DNA of 32,826 nt from a virus (lineage: Duplodnaviria; Caudoviricetes). Position 1 is the stretch's first letter; each line of letters begins with the position of its first letter. Positions 1-8,623 of this stretch are shown one piece after another. The stretch is from positions 1 to 32,826 of IMG/VR virus record IMGVR_UViG_3300036779_000280. One strand, given 5' to 3'. Below the pieces are notes generated by a model. That model saw nothing but the letters and a program-made list of their open reading frames with translations. It was not told the DNA's origin and did no database searches. The position numbers and the translations under genes are program-made.

Positions 1-240
1 ATGATGAATAGAAATGAAGTAACAGCTGAACAGGATTGGCATCGCATTGATATTGTTGCCGCTATCCACAAAGGGGGCCATACCATGCGTGGTCTCTCCG
101 TTGAGGCAGGTTTAAAGCCTGACACGCTGAAAAATGCACTTTCCCGTGCTTACCCCAAAGGGGAGCGGATCATCGCGAAAGCGTTGGGAACCGAGCCTGC
201 GCATATCTGGCCCAGCCGCTATCTCCGGAAGGCGTCGTGA
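1..240 (+). CDS. ner: Ner/Nlp(SfsB)-family HTH transcriptional regulator
   Basis: DWHRIDIVAAIHK...LSVEAGL..DTLKNALSRAYPKGERIIAKALG..P.HIWPSRY signature; directly upstream of the transposase. Confidence 0.95.
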   Translation: MMNRNEVTAEQDWHRIDIVAAIHKGGHTMRGLSVEAGLKPDTLKNALSRAYPKGERIIAKALGTEPAHIWPSRYLRKAS

Positions 241-2291
241 TTATGTTCTTTAGTGTGAATGAGTTAGTAGGGATGCCTGGTTTACCAGGCACAGCGCAAG
301 GGTTGCGCTTGGCACTCAAGAAACGCGCCGGTAACGCACCAGATCTAGTGCGCAAGCGTGAAGGCAGCAAGGCGTTTGAATACCATATCGACTGCCTGCC
401 CTCCGATACGCAAGAGGCTGTACGCCAGCGCCACTTTAAATCGGTGCTGGAGCAGTCTGGTTGCAAGTCAGTTGGCTTGCCAGTCAAGCGCAAGTCAGCG
501 GCTAAACCGCGTGAAGAACTGGAGATCATGCGCCAGTGCCCGGCGCTGGTTGAGCGCGAGGTCGCCACGCTGACCGACGACCAGAAGAAAGTAGCCGATG
601 CCCGCGCCCTACTGGCGCAGGAAGTGGAGAAGCTACGCGCCGCCGGTATGTCAAGGATTGCAGCAGTCACGTTTATTGCGAACGGCTCCCGCCAGGGAAC
701 GCTGCCTGCCCGCGTGATGCTGGCTGCGGGCCTGGCTAACGCCCGCAAAGGTTCCAGCCGTATCGGCGTCAGCAAAAGCTGCCTGCAGGAATGGCTGACC
801 ATTTATCTGACCACCAAGCCAGGGCTGGAGCGGCTGGCGTTATTGGCACCCGGTCAGCCTAAACGCAAGCGCCCGGAAGACGTGGTCTGGTTCTACGGTA
901 TGTTCTGGCCACACTACAGCAACCAGAACGGCCCCAGCGTGAAAGAGGCGTACCGGTCGTTTAAACGCGAGTGGTACGAGGTTTACAGCGGCCAGCCTGC
1001 CATGCTGATGGCGCTGCCATCGTATGACGCGGTGATCCGCCTGGTGGATAAGTTGCCATTGCGTGAACGGATGCGCGGTCGAGTGACCGGTTCTGCGGCA
1101 AAAGCCTTTGAAGTTTATCAGCAGCGTGACTGGTCACAAATGCCGGTTAACGGGTGCTGGATCTCGGATGGTAAGTCACTGAACCTGAAAGTGGCGCACC
1201 CTATCCACGGAAGACCTTTCACGCCGGAGCTGACGCTGGTTATTGATGGCCGGACACGCTTTATCGTCGGCTGGAGTGTTTCCCTGTCAGAGAACGCCAT
1301 CGCGGTGGCCGATGCATACCGACACGGCATGAAACACCACGGCAAACCGCTGTTTGTGTATTCAGATAATGGCGGCGGGGAAACCAACAAGATGCTTGAT
1401 GCGGACATTACCGGTATTTTCCCGCGTCTCAACATTGAGCACATGACCGGTATTCCAGGCAATCCGCAGGCGCGTGGGATTATAGAGCGGCTGAATGGCG
1501 TGATGCCAAACCGGTTAGCCAAGCGGTTCCTAACTTATAATGGCATCGGGGCAGACCCTAACGCCGTTCGGGTTCGCGGCCAGCACTTGCTTAGTCTATC
1601 CAATGCCCTGCGTGATGGGCGTGAGTTGACGGCGCAAAACAAGAAGACGCTGAACATATTACCGACCTGGCGACAATTGATTGACGCCGTTCAGGCGGAA
1701 ATAGACGACTACAACAACTGCCACGAACATAGCGAATTACCAAAGGTTAACGGGAAATGGATGTCGCCAGCAGCTTATCGCCAATGGGTTTTAGCGCAGG
1801 AAGGTGACGACATCGAATACATGACGGACGGCGAGTTGCGCGAAATGTTTATGCCGGAAGTTATTCGTGTGGCGCAGCGTGGCTGGGTGGCACTGGAAAA
1901 CAACCAATATTTCTCGACGGAATTAATTAATGTTGACCGGGAAGATGTTCGGGTGGCCTTTGATATTCATGATCCGAATGAAGTCATTATCCGCCAAATG
2001 GATGGCACCTATGTCTGTACCGCCATCTGGAACGGCAACACAGCATCGCCGGTGCCGGTGGCCAAAGTCCAGAAAGCGCTGGAAGATCGGGCGAAACGCA
2101 AAATCAAGTTGGCAGAAACCAAGATTCAAGATGCAGAAGACGAGTTGCGTCCCGCTATCGAGCATCAGCCAGACTCCGATTTCAGCAAGTTTATACCGGT
2201 GGAGGCAGAGCTGAAGCGTGTAAGCAGTAAGCCCTATTTATTCGAATCTGAATATGAAGACGATTTACAGAAATACGGTAATCACCGTTAA
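237..2291 (+). CDS. muA: Mu-type DDE transposase (MuA)
   Basis: N-terminal Mu DNA-binding domain (ELVGMPGLP..RKREGSKAFEYHIDCLP); catalytic D (WISDG), D (YSDNGGG), E (RGIIERLN); 684 aa. Confidence 0.96.
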   Translation: MIMFFSVNELVGMPGLPGTAQGLRLALKKRAGNAPDLVRKREGSKAFEYHIDCLPSDTQEAVRQRHFKSVLEQSGCKSVGLPVKRKSAAKPREELEIMRQCPALVEREVATLTDDQKKVADARALLAQEVEKLRAAGMSRIAAVTFIANGSRQGTLPARVMLAAGLANARKGSSRIGVSKSCLQEWLTIYLTTKPGLERLALLAPGQPKRKRPEDVVWFYGMFWPHYSNQNGPSVKEAYRSFKREWYEVYSGQPAMLMALPSYDAVIRLVDKLPLRERMRGRVTGSAAKAFEVYQQRDWSQMPVNGCWISDGKSLNLKVAHPIHGRPFTPELTLVIDGRTRFIVGWSVSLSENAIAVADAYRHGMKHHGKPLFVYSDNGGGETNKMLDADITGIFPRLNIEHMTGIPGNPQARGIIERLNGVMPNRLAKRFLTYNGIGADPNAVRVRGQHLLSLSNALRDGRELTAQNKKTLNILPTWRQLIDAVQAEIDDYNNCHEHSELPKVNGKWMSPAAYRQWVLAQEGDDIEYMTDGELREMFMPEVIRVAQRGWVALENNQYFSTELINVDREDVRVAFDIHDPNEVIIRQMDGTYVCTAIWNGNTASPVPVAKVQKALEDRAKRKIKLAETKIQDAEDELRPAIEHQPDSDFSKFIPVEAELKRVSSKPYLFESEYEDDLQKYGNHR

Positions 2292-2300
2292 GGCTTAAAA

Positions 2301-3224
2301 ATGAATGTGATTGATAATTTAAATCGCCTGATGGCGAGGAAGCATTACACCCAAAGCAAGGTAGCCGCGAAAACGGGCTTAAGTCCTGCGGTTATCTCTC
2401 AATATTTAAAAGGCGTATATAACGGCAATATTGATAACGTTGAAGCGGCAATTAATAACTTTATTACCCGAGAGGAAGATAAAGAAAAAAGTCGTGAGGT
2501 GAAAGAAACCTTTGTTAAAACGCAATTATCCAGCAAATGCATGACCCTGCTGCGTAATACCCACCTGGATGCCGATATTGGCGTGATTTACGGCAGCGCT
2601 GGGCTGGGTAAAAGCATGGTGCTGCGCCAGTACGCTGACAGCTACAAAGACGTGATCCTGATTGAGGCCGACCCAGGCTATACCACCAAGGTACTGCTGC
2701 AGGAGTTATGTCAGCGGCTTGGAGTGAACAAGAGCGGCAATATTCACGAACTCAGCGAGAACTGCATCACCGCGCTGCATGACACGGGCTGGCTGGTGCT
2801 TATCGATGAGGCTGAATTGCTTCCCTATCGCGCCCTGGAGGCGATGCGCCGTATTCATGACCGTTCGGGTGCCGGTGTCGTTCTGGCCGGTATGCCGCGT
2901 CTACTGCTCAACCTCAAAGGGAGGCGTGGTGAATATGAACAGCTTTATAGTCGCGTAGGCATGGCTATCGACCTGGATAAAGAGAAAGCGAGACATGAGC
3001 GGGCCGACTTTGATCGCATTCTTGTGAGTTTATTACCCAATGATGACGATGAAAGCAATATCGAAATGCAACCGGGATTGGCTGATGCATTCTATAAAGC
3101 CTCAAAGGGTAATTATCGGCGTTTATTTAAATTGGCACGCGGTGTGGTACGCGCCAGCGGTATCGGTGACCAGGGTATTTCGGTGGCCCTGGTTGAGGAA
3201 TATTCCAGCATGTTAATTAACTGA
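2301..3224 (+). CDS. muB: Transposition target-capture AAA+ ATPase (MuB)
   Basis: N-terminal HTH, Walker A GSAGLGKS, Walker B LVLIDEAE; follows MuA. Confidence 0.95.
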   Translation: MNVIDNLNRLMARKHYTQSKVAAKTGLSPAVISQYLKGVYNGNIDNVEAAINNFITREEDKEKSREVKETFVKTQLSSKCMTLLRNTHLDADIGVIYGSAGLGKSMVLRQYADSYKDVILIEADPGYTTKVLLQELCQRLGVNKSGNIHELSENCITALHDTGWLVLIDEAELLPYRALEAMRRIHDRSGAGVVLAGMPRLLLNLKGRRGEYEQLYSRVGMAIDLDKEKARHERADFDRILVSLLPNDDDESNIEMQPGLADAFYKASKGNYRRLFKLARGVVRASGIGDQGISVALVEEYSSMLIN

Positions 3225-3238
3225 TGGTAGGGGGAACT

Positions 3239-3529
3239 ATGCAAGCCAGCGATTTTAACAAAAATGCAAATGCATCGTTGATATCTGCAATGGTACGCGC
3301 TGAGTCCGTCATTCTGTCATTGACGGCTCGAGGCATCACCGTTCAAAGCATTATGTTTCACGGTGGCAAGCCGGTAATACGCATTAATCGCCATGCACAC
3401 TGTGAACATATGGCCAGCACAGGCAAAGCCAGTTACCTGCATTTTGGTAATGGTCGCCTGGGAGATTTTAAACAAGGGGTATTCGTTCAGAACGGATGCC
3501 GGGTTATTTGGTCTGAATCATTACATTGA
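3239..3529 (+). CDS. Hypothetical early protein
   Basis: ATG at 3239 preceded by AGGGGG; tightly packed after MuB. Confidence 0.75.
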   Translation: MQASDFNKNANASLISAMVRAESVILSLTARGITVQSIMFHGGKPVIRINRHAHCEHMASTGKASYLHFGNGRLGDFKQGVFVQNGCRVIWSESLH

Positions 3530-3541
3530 TGGAGGTGATAT

Positions 3542-3760
3542 ATGGCTGTAATTTTAAAAATTACCATTCAGGAAACCGAAACGGGTGTAAGTACCAATAT
3601 TTGCGCAGAGGGGGCATGTACACCAGAAGAGTCAGAGCAAGCAAAATTTATTTATCAAACTGTAGTCGATGCTTTACAAAAAAGGTCGGAGTATAGACAT
3701 ACCGAGAAAGATGTTTGCAACGTTACCAATATCAATAAGGGGAATAGCAATGTCCACTAA
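3542..3760 (+). CDS. Hypothetical early protein
   Basis: Strong GGAGGT RBS; 72 aa; overlaps next start. Confidence 0.75.
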   Translation: MAVILKITIQETETGVSTNICAEGACTPEESEQAKFIYQTVVDALQKRSEYRHTEKDVCNVTNINKGNSNVH

Positions 3761-4379
3761 CAACATAGAAAACACCATTCCAACCGGTTACTGGAAAGAT
3801 GCACGCGGCGTACTGACACCTGAAAGCCTGATTAAACCGGTTGATAAAGAGCGTGATGCCCTGGTTAAAGCCATTATTGAACGCGCCAAGCCGTTACAGC
3901 AGGCGCTGCGCGATTTTAAACAGGATACCTTTGCTGATATCCAGGCGCTGGTTGATCTGTCTGCGGAGCAGTACGGGGCCACCATTGGCGGCAAAAAAGG
4001 CAATGTGACTCTGTACAACTATGATGGCCAGTTTAAGGTTCAGCGTGCCATGCAAGACCGCATTGCCTTTGATGAACGTATTCAGGCAGCTAAAGAGCTG
4101 ATTGATGCCTGCGTGGCCGAATGGACGAAGGATGCTCGCCCGGAGCTGCTGGCCATCATTGACCGGGCGTTCTCTACCGACAAGGAAGGCGAGATCAACC
4201 CCGGTCGGGTGCTGCAGCTCCGCCGCCATGATATTACCGATCCGCGTTGGTTGCGTGCTATGGATGCGCTTGCCGAAGCTGTCCAGGTGGTCAGCAGTAA
4301 AAGCTATATCCGCCTTTATGAGCGCGTCGGCGATACCGACCAATATGTGCCAATCTCTTTGGATATTGCCGGGGTTTAA
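3750..4379 (+). CDS. DUF3164-family protein of Mu-like phages
   Basis: GYWKDARG.L.PES.IKP.D..RD.LV, GGKKGNVTL..YDG, FDERIQAAK.LID motifs; start taken at ATG 3750 after AAGGGG. Confidence 0.85.
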   Translation: MSTNNIENTIPTGYWKDARGVLTPESLIKPVDKERDALVKAIIERAKPLQQALRDFKQDTFADIQALVDLSAEQYGATIGGKKGNVTLYNYDGQFKVQRAMQDRIAFDERIQAAKELIDACVAEWTKDARPELLAIIDRAFSTDKEGEINPGRVLQLRRHDITDPRWLRAMDALAEAVQVVSSKSYIRLYERVGDTDQYVPISLDIAGV

Positions 4380-4380
4380 T

Positions 4381-4608
4381 ATGCGTATTAATGAAAAGGA
4401 AGTTAACAACAGTTATATGGCTTATGCGCGTGGCGCTGTTCGCGCCGAACAACGCGGCGATTATACAACTGCATCAACCTTATGGAATAAGGCAGCGACA
4501 ACGACGTGCAATAGTCACAACCTGAACTGGGCGTTATATCGTAAATCCCATTGTGCTCATGCGGCCCAAAAACAATGGGGGAATCAAAATGCAAGCCAAG
4601 CAGTTTAA
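4381..4608 (+). CDS. ANR-family small phage protein (putative regulator)
   Basis: Y...A..A.RAE.RGDY..A..LW.KA...N..WA..R...C pattern; start at ATG 4381, not the upstream-extended ORF. Confidence 0.7.
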   Translation: MRINEKEVNNSYMAYARGAVRAEQRGDYTTASTLWNKAATTTCNSHNLNWALYRKSHCAHAAQKQWGNQNASQAV

Positions 4609-4780
4609 CGAGACTTATGAGGTCGGCAGCCACTTTATCTATGCACCTAACCCTGTCTTGCGTGGTGGCCCGATAGTCAAGACGGTGGATGTGGCGCGTG
4701 ATCTAAGTGAATCCACCGTGGTGGAAATTAATATTGAACCCTGGTTTGCAAACACTAAATCGTTAACGCCTGCGGGCTGA
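4589..4780 (+). CDS. Hypothetical protein (FNxxYxVG type; paralogue of 7170..7424)
   Basis: GGGGG RBS before ATG 4589; MQAKQFNETYEVGSHFIY. Confidence 0.7.
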   Translation: MQAKQFNETYEVGSHFIYAPNPVLRGGPIVKTVDVARDLSESTVVEINIEPWFANTKSLTPAG

Positions 4781-4803
4781 TTTAAACCGGCTTTAATCAT
4801 TAT

Positions 4804-4850
4804 TTAATTAATGGCGTAAATCCGCATGGGCTGACTTACGCCAAAATTAA
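4804..4850 (+). promoter_or_regulatory. Intergenic stem-loop in early region
   Basis: TGGCGTAA (4812-4819)/TTACGCCA (4836-4843) inverted repeat with outer TTAATT/AATTAA arms, abutting the AAGGA RBS of the next gene. Confidence 0.5.
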
Positions 4851-4863
4851 GGATCTCGTTATT

Positions 4864-5121
4864 ATGAAGATTATCAATTCAGAGTTTGCTGAATTTGTAC
4901 AAGACCTCGTTGCCTGGCACGAACAGCAGGTTGATAACCTGCAATTGGTACTCGCACACCAAGAAGCTGACATTAATTTGGGGCCTGACTCCCTGAGTAT
5001 TGAAGCCGGTTCCGATAAGGCCAAGGGGGTACATGTCGGCATCATGTTGGCCCTGCATTACTTGGGTAAATTGCCGTTTAGCTTTACTGAGAATGAGGGG
5101 GACGGCGATGACGATCAATAA
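4864..5121 (+). CDS. Hypothetical acidic early protein
   Basis: AAGGA RBS; 85 aa; acidic C-terminus. Confidence 0.75.
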   Translation: MKIINSEFAEFVQDLVAWHEQQVDNLQLVLAHQEADINLGPDSLSIEAGSDKAKGVHVGIMLALHYLGKLPFSFTENEGDGDDDQ

Positions 5122-5545
5122 AGCGCAATGGGCGACTGTCGAGGCCAGCCTGAAAGCCGGTGCCCGTATTCGTCTTTCCCATCAGGGGAATACCGTTGTC
5201 ATTAATCGTGCATTGGTCACCGAAACCAAACTGGCTTATGTCGTTTATATCAACGGCGAAATACCACGTTATTGGCTCAGTGAGAGTGATGAAGGTTATG
5301 AGCCACTAGTGACTGTATATTGTCGAAAAGTAACCTATAACCCTTACCAAAAAATAATTAGCGAAATTAAAAAAGAACGCGGTGGCAAGTCGTATTTAAA
5401 ACGCAAAGAGAACGCTTATATGCATGAAGCTAAAGTGCGATATGAAGCGTATTTTCCATCAGCAAAATCTGCAGTCTGTCATTTCAAAAAAATGGAGGGG
5501 ATGACCATTATAGCCCCTGACGATCATGACTGGTGCGAATTGTAG
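5108..5545 (+). CDS. Hypothetical early protein
   Basis: GAGGGG RBS before ATG 5108 (MTINKAQW); overlaps upstream stop. Confidence 0.7.
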   Translation: MTINKAQWATVEASLKAGARIRLSHQGNTVVINRALVTETKLAYVVYINGEIPRYWLSESDEGYEPLVTVYCRKVTYNPYQKIISEIKKERGGKSYLKRKENAYMHEAKVRYEAYFPSAKSAVCHFKKMEGMTIIAPDDHDWCEL

Positions 5546-5554
5546 GAGAACCTT

Positions 5555-5773
5555 ATGTATCTCTGTGTCAGCGGTTGCGAGTACCAGGATAACGGCGACC
5601 GGCGCATCTATCACCTCAACGACAGCAGTACCGTGGTGGAGTGCCCAAAATTGCCAGGTAAATCCCGGTTCAAGTTCTACGACGGTCATAACCGCACCGT
5701 CTATACCAGCCAGGCCAGAACGGCGATGAAAAGTGCCGTTGAGCGTCATAAAAAGCAGTGGAGAATTCAATGA
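5555..5773 (+). CDS. Hypothetical early protein
   Basis: AGGAG RBS; 72 aa; ATGA overlap with next gene. Confidence 0.75.
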   Translation: MYLCVSGCEYQDNGDRRIYHLNDSSTVVECPKLPGKSRFKFYDGHNRTVYTSQARTAMKSAVERHKKQWRIQ

Positions 5774-6609
5774 ACAACATCATGATCGATATTGAAACCC
5801 TGGGTAAGAAGCGCGGCTGTCCGGTGCTCTCCATTGCTGCCGTACAGTTTGATCTGCAGACCGGCAATGTGGGAGAGACCTTCTATGAACGCATGAGCTG
5901 TGATGCGGCTCTCACCTATGGTTGGCCGGAAATCAGCACCTTGGAATGGTGGGATAAGCAAAGTGATGAAGCACGTGATGCCGCATTCAACGGTGAGCGT
6001 CACCCCGTCAGTGTAGCCGCTGAGCTGCGAGCCTTCCTGCAACGCGCTGGCGGTGGTCGCTGTATTCCCTGGGGCAATGGGTCAGTCTTTGATATCACCA
6101 TCTTGGAGGGTTGGTTTGACCGGGTTGATCCGCAGGTTGATGCCAGGGACGACGACATCTACCCGTGGAAATTTTGGGATATTGCCGATCTGCGCACGCT
6201 GGTGCGTCTGTCGGGGATTGATGCCAAGGCTATCCCATTCGACGGTGAAAAGCACAATGCACTGGCCGATGCCCTGCACCAGGTGAAAATCGCTCATGCG
6301 GCTTGGCGACTGCTATTTCCAAGATGGAATGTTGATCATTACCAACGCTGTGAGATCCGCACAGCACCGATGTCGCCCATTGATGTCATTGCCTGTGAGC
6401 AAGTATTGAGAACACTCGGACACTGGCCAATACAGCCCTGTCCGGGGGAAATGAGTATTTATCCACTCGGTCAACACACCCATGGATGCAAAACGTTTAT
6501 CTGCAATTTGGGACATAACCATATTGGTGAATATATGCCTGAACCAAGCAGTGACGGTCATGACCATTCCGTTTTTATCAGGAAGCAAAACGATGAAAAA
6601 CAACCCTAA
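5770..6609 (+). CDS. DEDDh 3'-5' exonuclease (RNase T/DUF5051-like) with C-terminal extension
   Basis: MIDIETLG (ExoI), WGNGSVFD (ExoII), HNALADA (ExoIII); about 95 extra C-terminal residues. Confidence 0.85.
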   Translation: MNNIMIDIETLGKKRGCPVLSIAAVQFDLQTGNVGETFYERMSCDAALTYGWPEISTLEWWDKQSDEARDAAFNGERHPVSVAAELRAFLQRAGGGRCIPWGNGSVFDITILEGWFDRVDPQVDARDDDIYPWKFWDIADLRTLVRLSGIDAKAIPFDGEKHNALADALHQVKIAHAAWRLLFPRWNVDHYQRCEIRTAPMSPIDVIACEQVLRTLGHWPIQPCPGEMSIYPLGQHTHGCKTFICNLGHNHIGEYMPEPSSDGHDHSVFIRKQNDEKQP

Positions 6610-6799
6610 TGTGGATCGCCTTAAACTGGCCCGGCGGCAGATTAAAAGGTTGAAAACGATGTCGCGCAACCTGACGGACATGGGCATTGATTGGGATGGA
6701 CTGGATGGCGGTATGGAAGCAGATTTTGAAGCTTTAGCCTCTGCAGTTGAAGCCCAAATCAAGACCCACAACGAAATGATCTGCGAGTGGAGGCAATGA
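6593..6799 (+). CDS. Hypothetical helical protein
   Basis: AGGA RBS before ATG 6593; overlaps both neighbours. Confidence 0.65.
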   Translation: MKNNPNVDRLKLARRQIKRLKTMSRNLTDMGIDWDGLDGGMEADFEALASAVEAQIKTHNEMICEWRQ

Positions 6800-7170
6800 T
6801 GGCTAAATCAGCGACTGACCGCAAGGCGGAGCAGCGTGCCAAATTGGCCGCCAAAGGCGGGCTGCGGCATGAGCTGGTACTCACGCAGCAAGAGGCCCAG
6901 ATGCTGGAGCGAAACCGCCAACGTCGTAACCCTGAGCGCACTGCCTACAGCCGCAATGAGTATATAAGCCTGTTAATACTCTGCGATGACCAGCGCCTTG
7001 ATCGGCAAGAGGCTGCTCTTGGGGGCTGTCAACGCTGCGGTAAAGTGCTGCCTAGTGGCTGCAATGGCGATTACCGAGGCGAAGCCGCCTGCTGGTTTAC
7101 CCGTGACTGTTTATCGATGAATTTAACCGACGCCGTGACCGGTCACGCCAACTTAACGGGGGAAAACTAA
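6796..7170 (+). CDS. Hypothetical protein with Cys cluster (putative Zn-binding/DNA-binding)
   Basis: GGAGG RBS; MAKSATDRKAEQR N-terminus; CQRC...C...CW motif. Confidence 0.75.
   Translation: MMAKSATDRKAEQRAKLAAKGGLRHELVLTQQEAQMLERNRQRRNPERTAYSRNEYISLLILCDDQRLDRQEAALGGCQRCGKVLPSGCNGDYRGEAACWFTRDCLSMNLTDAVTGHANLTGEN
7132..7154. repeat. Palindrome-cored direct repeat, copy 1
   Basis: GCCGTGACCGGTCACGCCAACTT; perfect 14-bp palindrome CGTGACCGGTCACG at 7134-7147. Confidence 0.9.
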
Positions 7171-7424
7171 TGAATTTTTTAGCAGGTGTAAGCGCAGAGG
7201 ATTTTAACCTCCGTTATCCGGTCGGTGCGATGTTCAGATTTTACCATACGGTGAAAAGTCAACATTTTATCCTAGTGACTACACGAGGCGCGGCTCACGG
7301 GATTGGAGAGTGTGTGGCAGTGCCGATTATGGGGAAAATATTTTCCATACAGGTTAGTCACTTGCAACCATACAACGATAGCGGCAATGCCGTGACCGGT
7401 CACGCCGACTTGCAGGGAGATTAA
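7170..7424 (+). CDS. Hypothetical protein (FNxxYxVG type; paralogue of 4589..4780)
   Basis: TAATG coupling, GGGGG RBS; SAEDFNLRYPVGAMFRFY. Confidence 0.7.
   Translation: MNFLAGVSAEDFNLRYPVGAMFRFYHTVKSQHFILVTTRGAAHGIGECVAVPIMGKIFSIQVSHLQPYNDSGNAVTGHADLQGD
7389..7411. repeat. Palindrome-cored direct repeat, copy 2
   Basis: GCCGTGACCGGTCACGCCGACTT; 22/23 identical to copy 1. Confidence 0.9.
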
Positions 7425-7428
7425 CGAT

Positions 7429-7710
7429 ATGATTACGTTCTATAACCCAACAGATAACGAACTGTTGGGTGTTATCTCGAACCCCCCATTATCGAAGGAT
7501 TGGGATGAGAGTTACAGTCTGGCGACCTGGAATATCCGCAACGCGATCAGAAAATTGCATCCTAACATGCATGTAACGACTGCAACGCTTCGCAAGCACC
7601 TTCGTGGTATGGCATTGCGCGGACTGCTTACATCGACCAACAGTAACGGCAACAACATTATCTGGACGCTGGTTGTACCAGTCAGGGGGGGCAATGGCGA
7701 ACCTGATTAA
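7429..7710 (+). CDS. Hypothetical protein, possible winged-helix DNA-binding
   Basis: GGGAG RBS; ATWNIRNAI...TATLRKHLRGMALRGLL..IIWTL resembles a wHTH. Confidence 0.65.
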   Translation: MITFYNPTDNELLGVISNPPLSKDWDESYSLATWNIRNAIRKLHPNMHVTTATLRKHLRGMALRGLLTSTNSNGNNIIWTLVVPVRGGNGEPD

Positions 7711-8089
7711 AGTGATCCACACCGGTAAAAAAGCCCTGGGCTGGGACGACGATACCTACCGTGCCGTGCTGGCGCGGGAGACCGGCAAGCGCAGCGCCCG
7801 TGACTGTAGCGATGTCGAGCTGGAGCGCATGGTGCGGTACATGCGCTCCCAGGGGTTCGCCCCGCTTGCCGGTCATGGCAAAAAGCCGAACGTGGCCGCC
7901 GGACGCAAAGCGATGGTCAACAAAATTGAGGCCATACTGGCCGAAGCGGGCCGCTCCTGGTCATACCTCGACGGCATCATCAAGCGGATGCTGGGCGAAG
8001 TGAAGCCGCTTGAATGGCTGAACGATGACCAGGTGCGGAAGGTGCTGCAGATGCTTATTATCGACGCTAAACGGCACGGGAGGGGCTAA
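7694..8089 (+). CDS. gemA: GemA/gp16 (DUF1018) regulatory protein
   Basis: LIKVIHTGKKALGWDDDTYR..L...TGKRS..D motif; position before mor/C. Confidence 0.9.
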   Translation: MANLIKVIHTGKKALGWDDDTYRAVLARETGKRSARDCSDVELERMVRYMRSQGFAPLAGHGKKPNVAAGRKAMVNKIEAILAEAGRSWSYLDGIIKRMLGEVKPLEWLNDDQVRKVLQMLIIDAKRHGRG

Positions 8090-8090
8090 C

Positions 8091-8540
8091 ATGCAGACCA
8101 TCCAACCCGACTATGAGCAGGTGCAAGAATTGCTGCCGGAATCTGTTCAGCAGATTGCCAGTCTGATAGGCTTTCCCGCAACCAGTAAGCTGATCCAACA
8201 GTTTGGAGGCGTCCAGTTTCGGATTGGCAAGGGTTTGCGCAGCTCCGGCCAGCGCCGTATTGCGTTACTGCAGGAAGCGTTGACGCCGGAGCAGGTCGCG
8301 CTGCTGATGCAGCATTTCAGTGGCGAGGACTTGTATATTCCCCGTTGCCAGGATGCCTGGCGCGAATGGCGCAACCGCTGTTTTCTGGCCGATATTGACC
8401 GGCTGAAGACCGAGGGGGAGTCCCTCACCATGGCGCTGACGCTGCTTTGCCCTAAATACGGTATTGCCGCCACCCGCGCCTGGGAGCTGCTGCGCCCCCG
8501 CCAGGCTTCATGCGATAGCGAACAGCCCTCCCTATTCTGA
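8091..8540 (+). CDS. mor: Mor/C-family transcription activator (likely late activator)
   Basis: LLPESVQQIA.LIGF.AT..LI..FGG...F.GEDLYIPRC..A.RE.RN..F and C-terminal HTH. Confidence 0.9.
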   Translation: MQTIQPDYEQVQELLPESVQQIASLIGFPATSKLIQQFGGVQFRIGKGLRSSGQRRIALLQEALTPEQVALLMQHFSGEDLYIPRCQDAWREWRNRCFLADIDRLKTEGESLTMALTLLCPKYGIAATRAWELLRPRQASCDSEQPSLF

Positions 8541-8547
8541 AAAGTAC

Positions 8548-8594
8548 CCACTACGCCCCCGTAACAGGTTAGCCAACACCTCTTTCCCCACAAT
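8548..8594 (+). promoter_or_regulatory. Late promoter 1 (Plys-like)
   Basis: CCACTACGCCCCCGTAACA + 22 bp + CACAAT (-10). Confidence 0.8.
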
Positions 8595-8621
8595 AGCCCT
8601 CATCAACAGATGAGGGCTATT
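8592..8621 (+). promoter_or_regulatory. Perfect 13-bp hairpin covering the endolysin RBS (possibly also a terminator)
   Basis: AATAGCCCTCATC-AACA-GATGAGGGCTATT, ending 2 nt before ATG 8624. Confidence 0.8.
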
Positions 8622-8623
8622 TC

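Noticed and set aside
170-802. 210-aa reverse ORF over ner/MuA, and similar long antisense ORFs (18159..18863, 20167..20976, 24685..25656, 26495..27397, 28467..29162)
   Set aside because: Shadow frames of well-supported GC-rich + strand genes; no recognisable motifs
4102-4380. N-terminal extensions in the ORF track (4102, 5000, 7604, 8025, 10219, 26093, 27219)
   Set aside because: They overlap upstream genes; downstream ATGs with RBS or translational coupling match family N-termini better
7132-7411. CRISPR-like or integron attC interpretation of the repeats
   Set aside because: Only two good copies, 234 bp between them, no cas or integrase genes, no attC R-box structure
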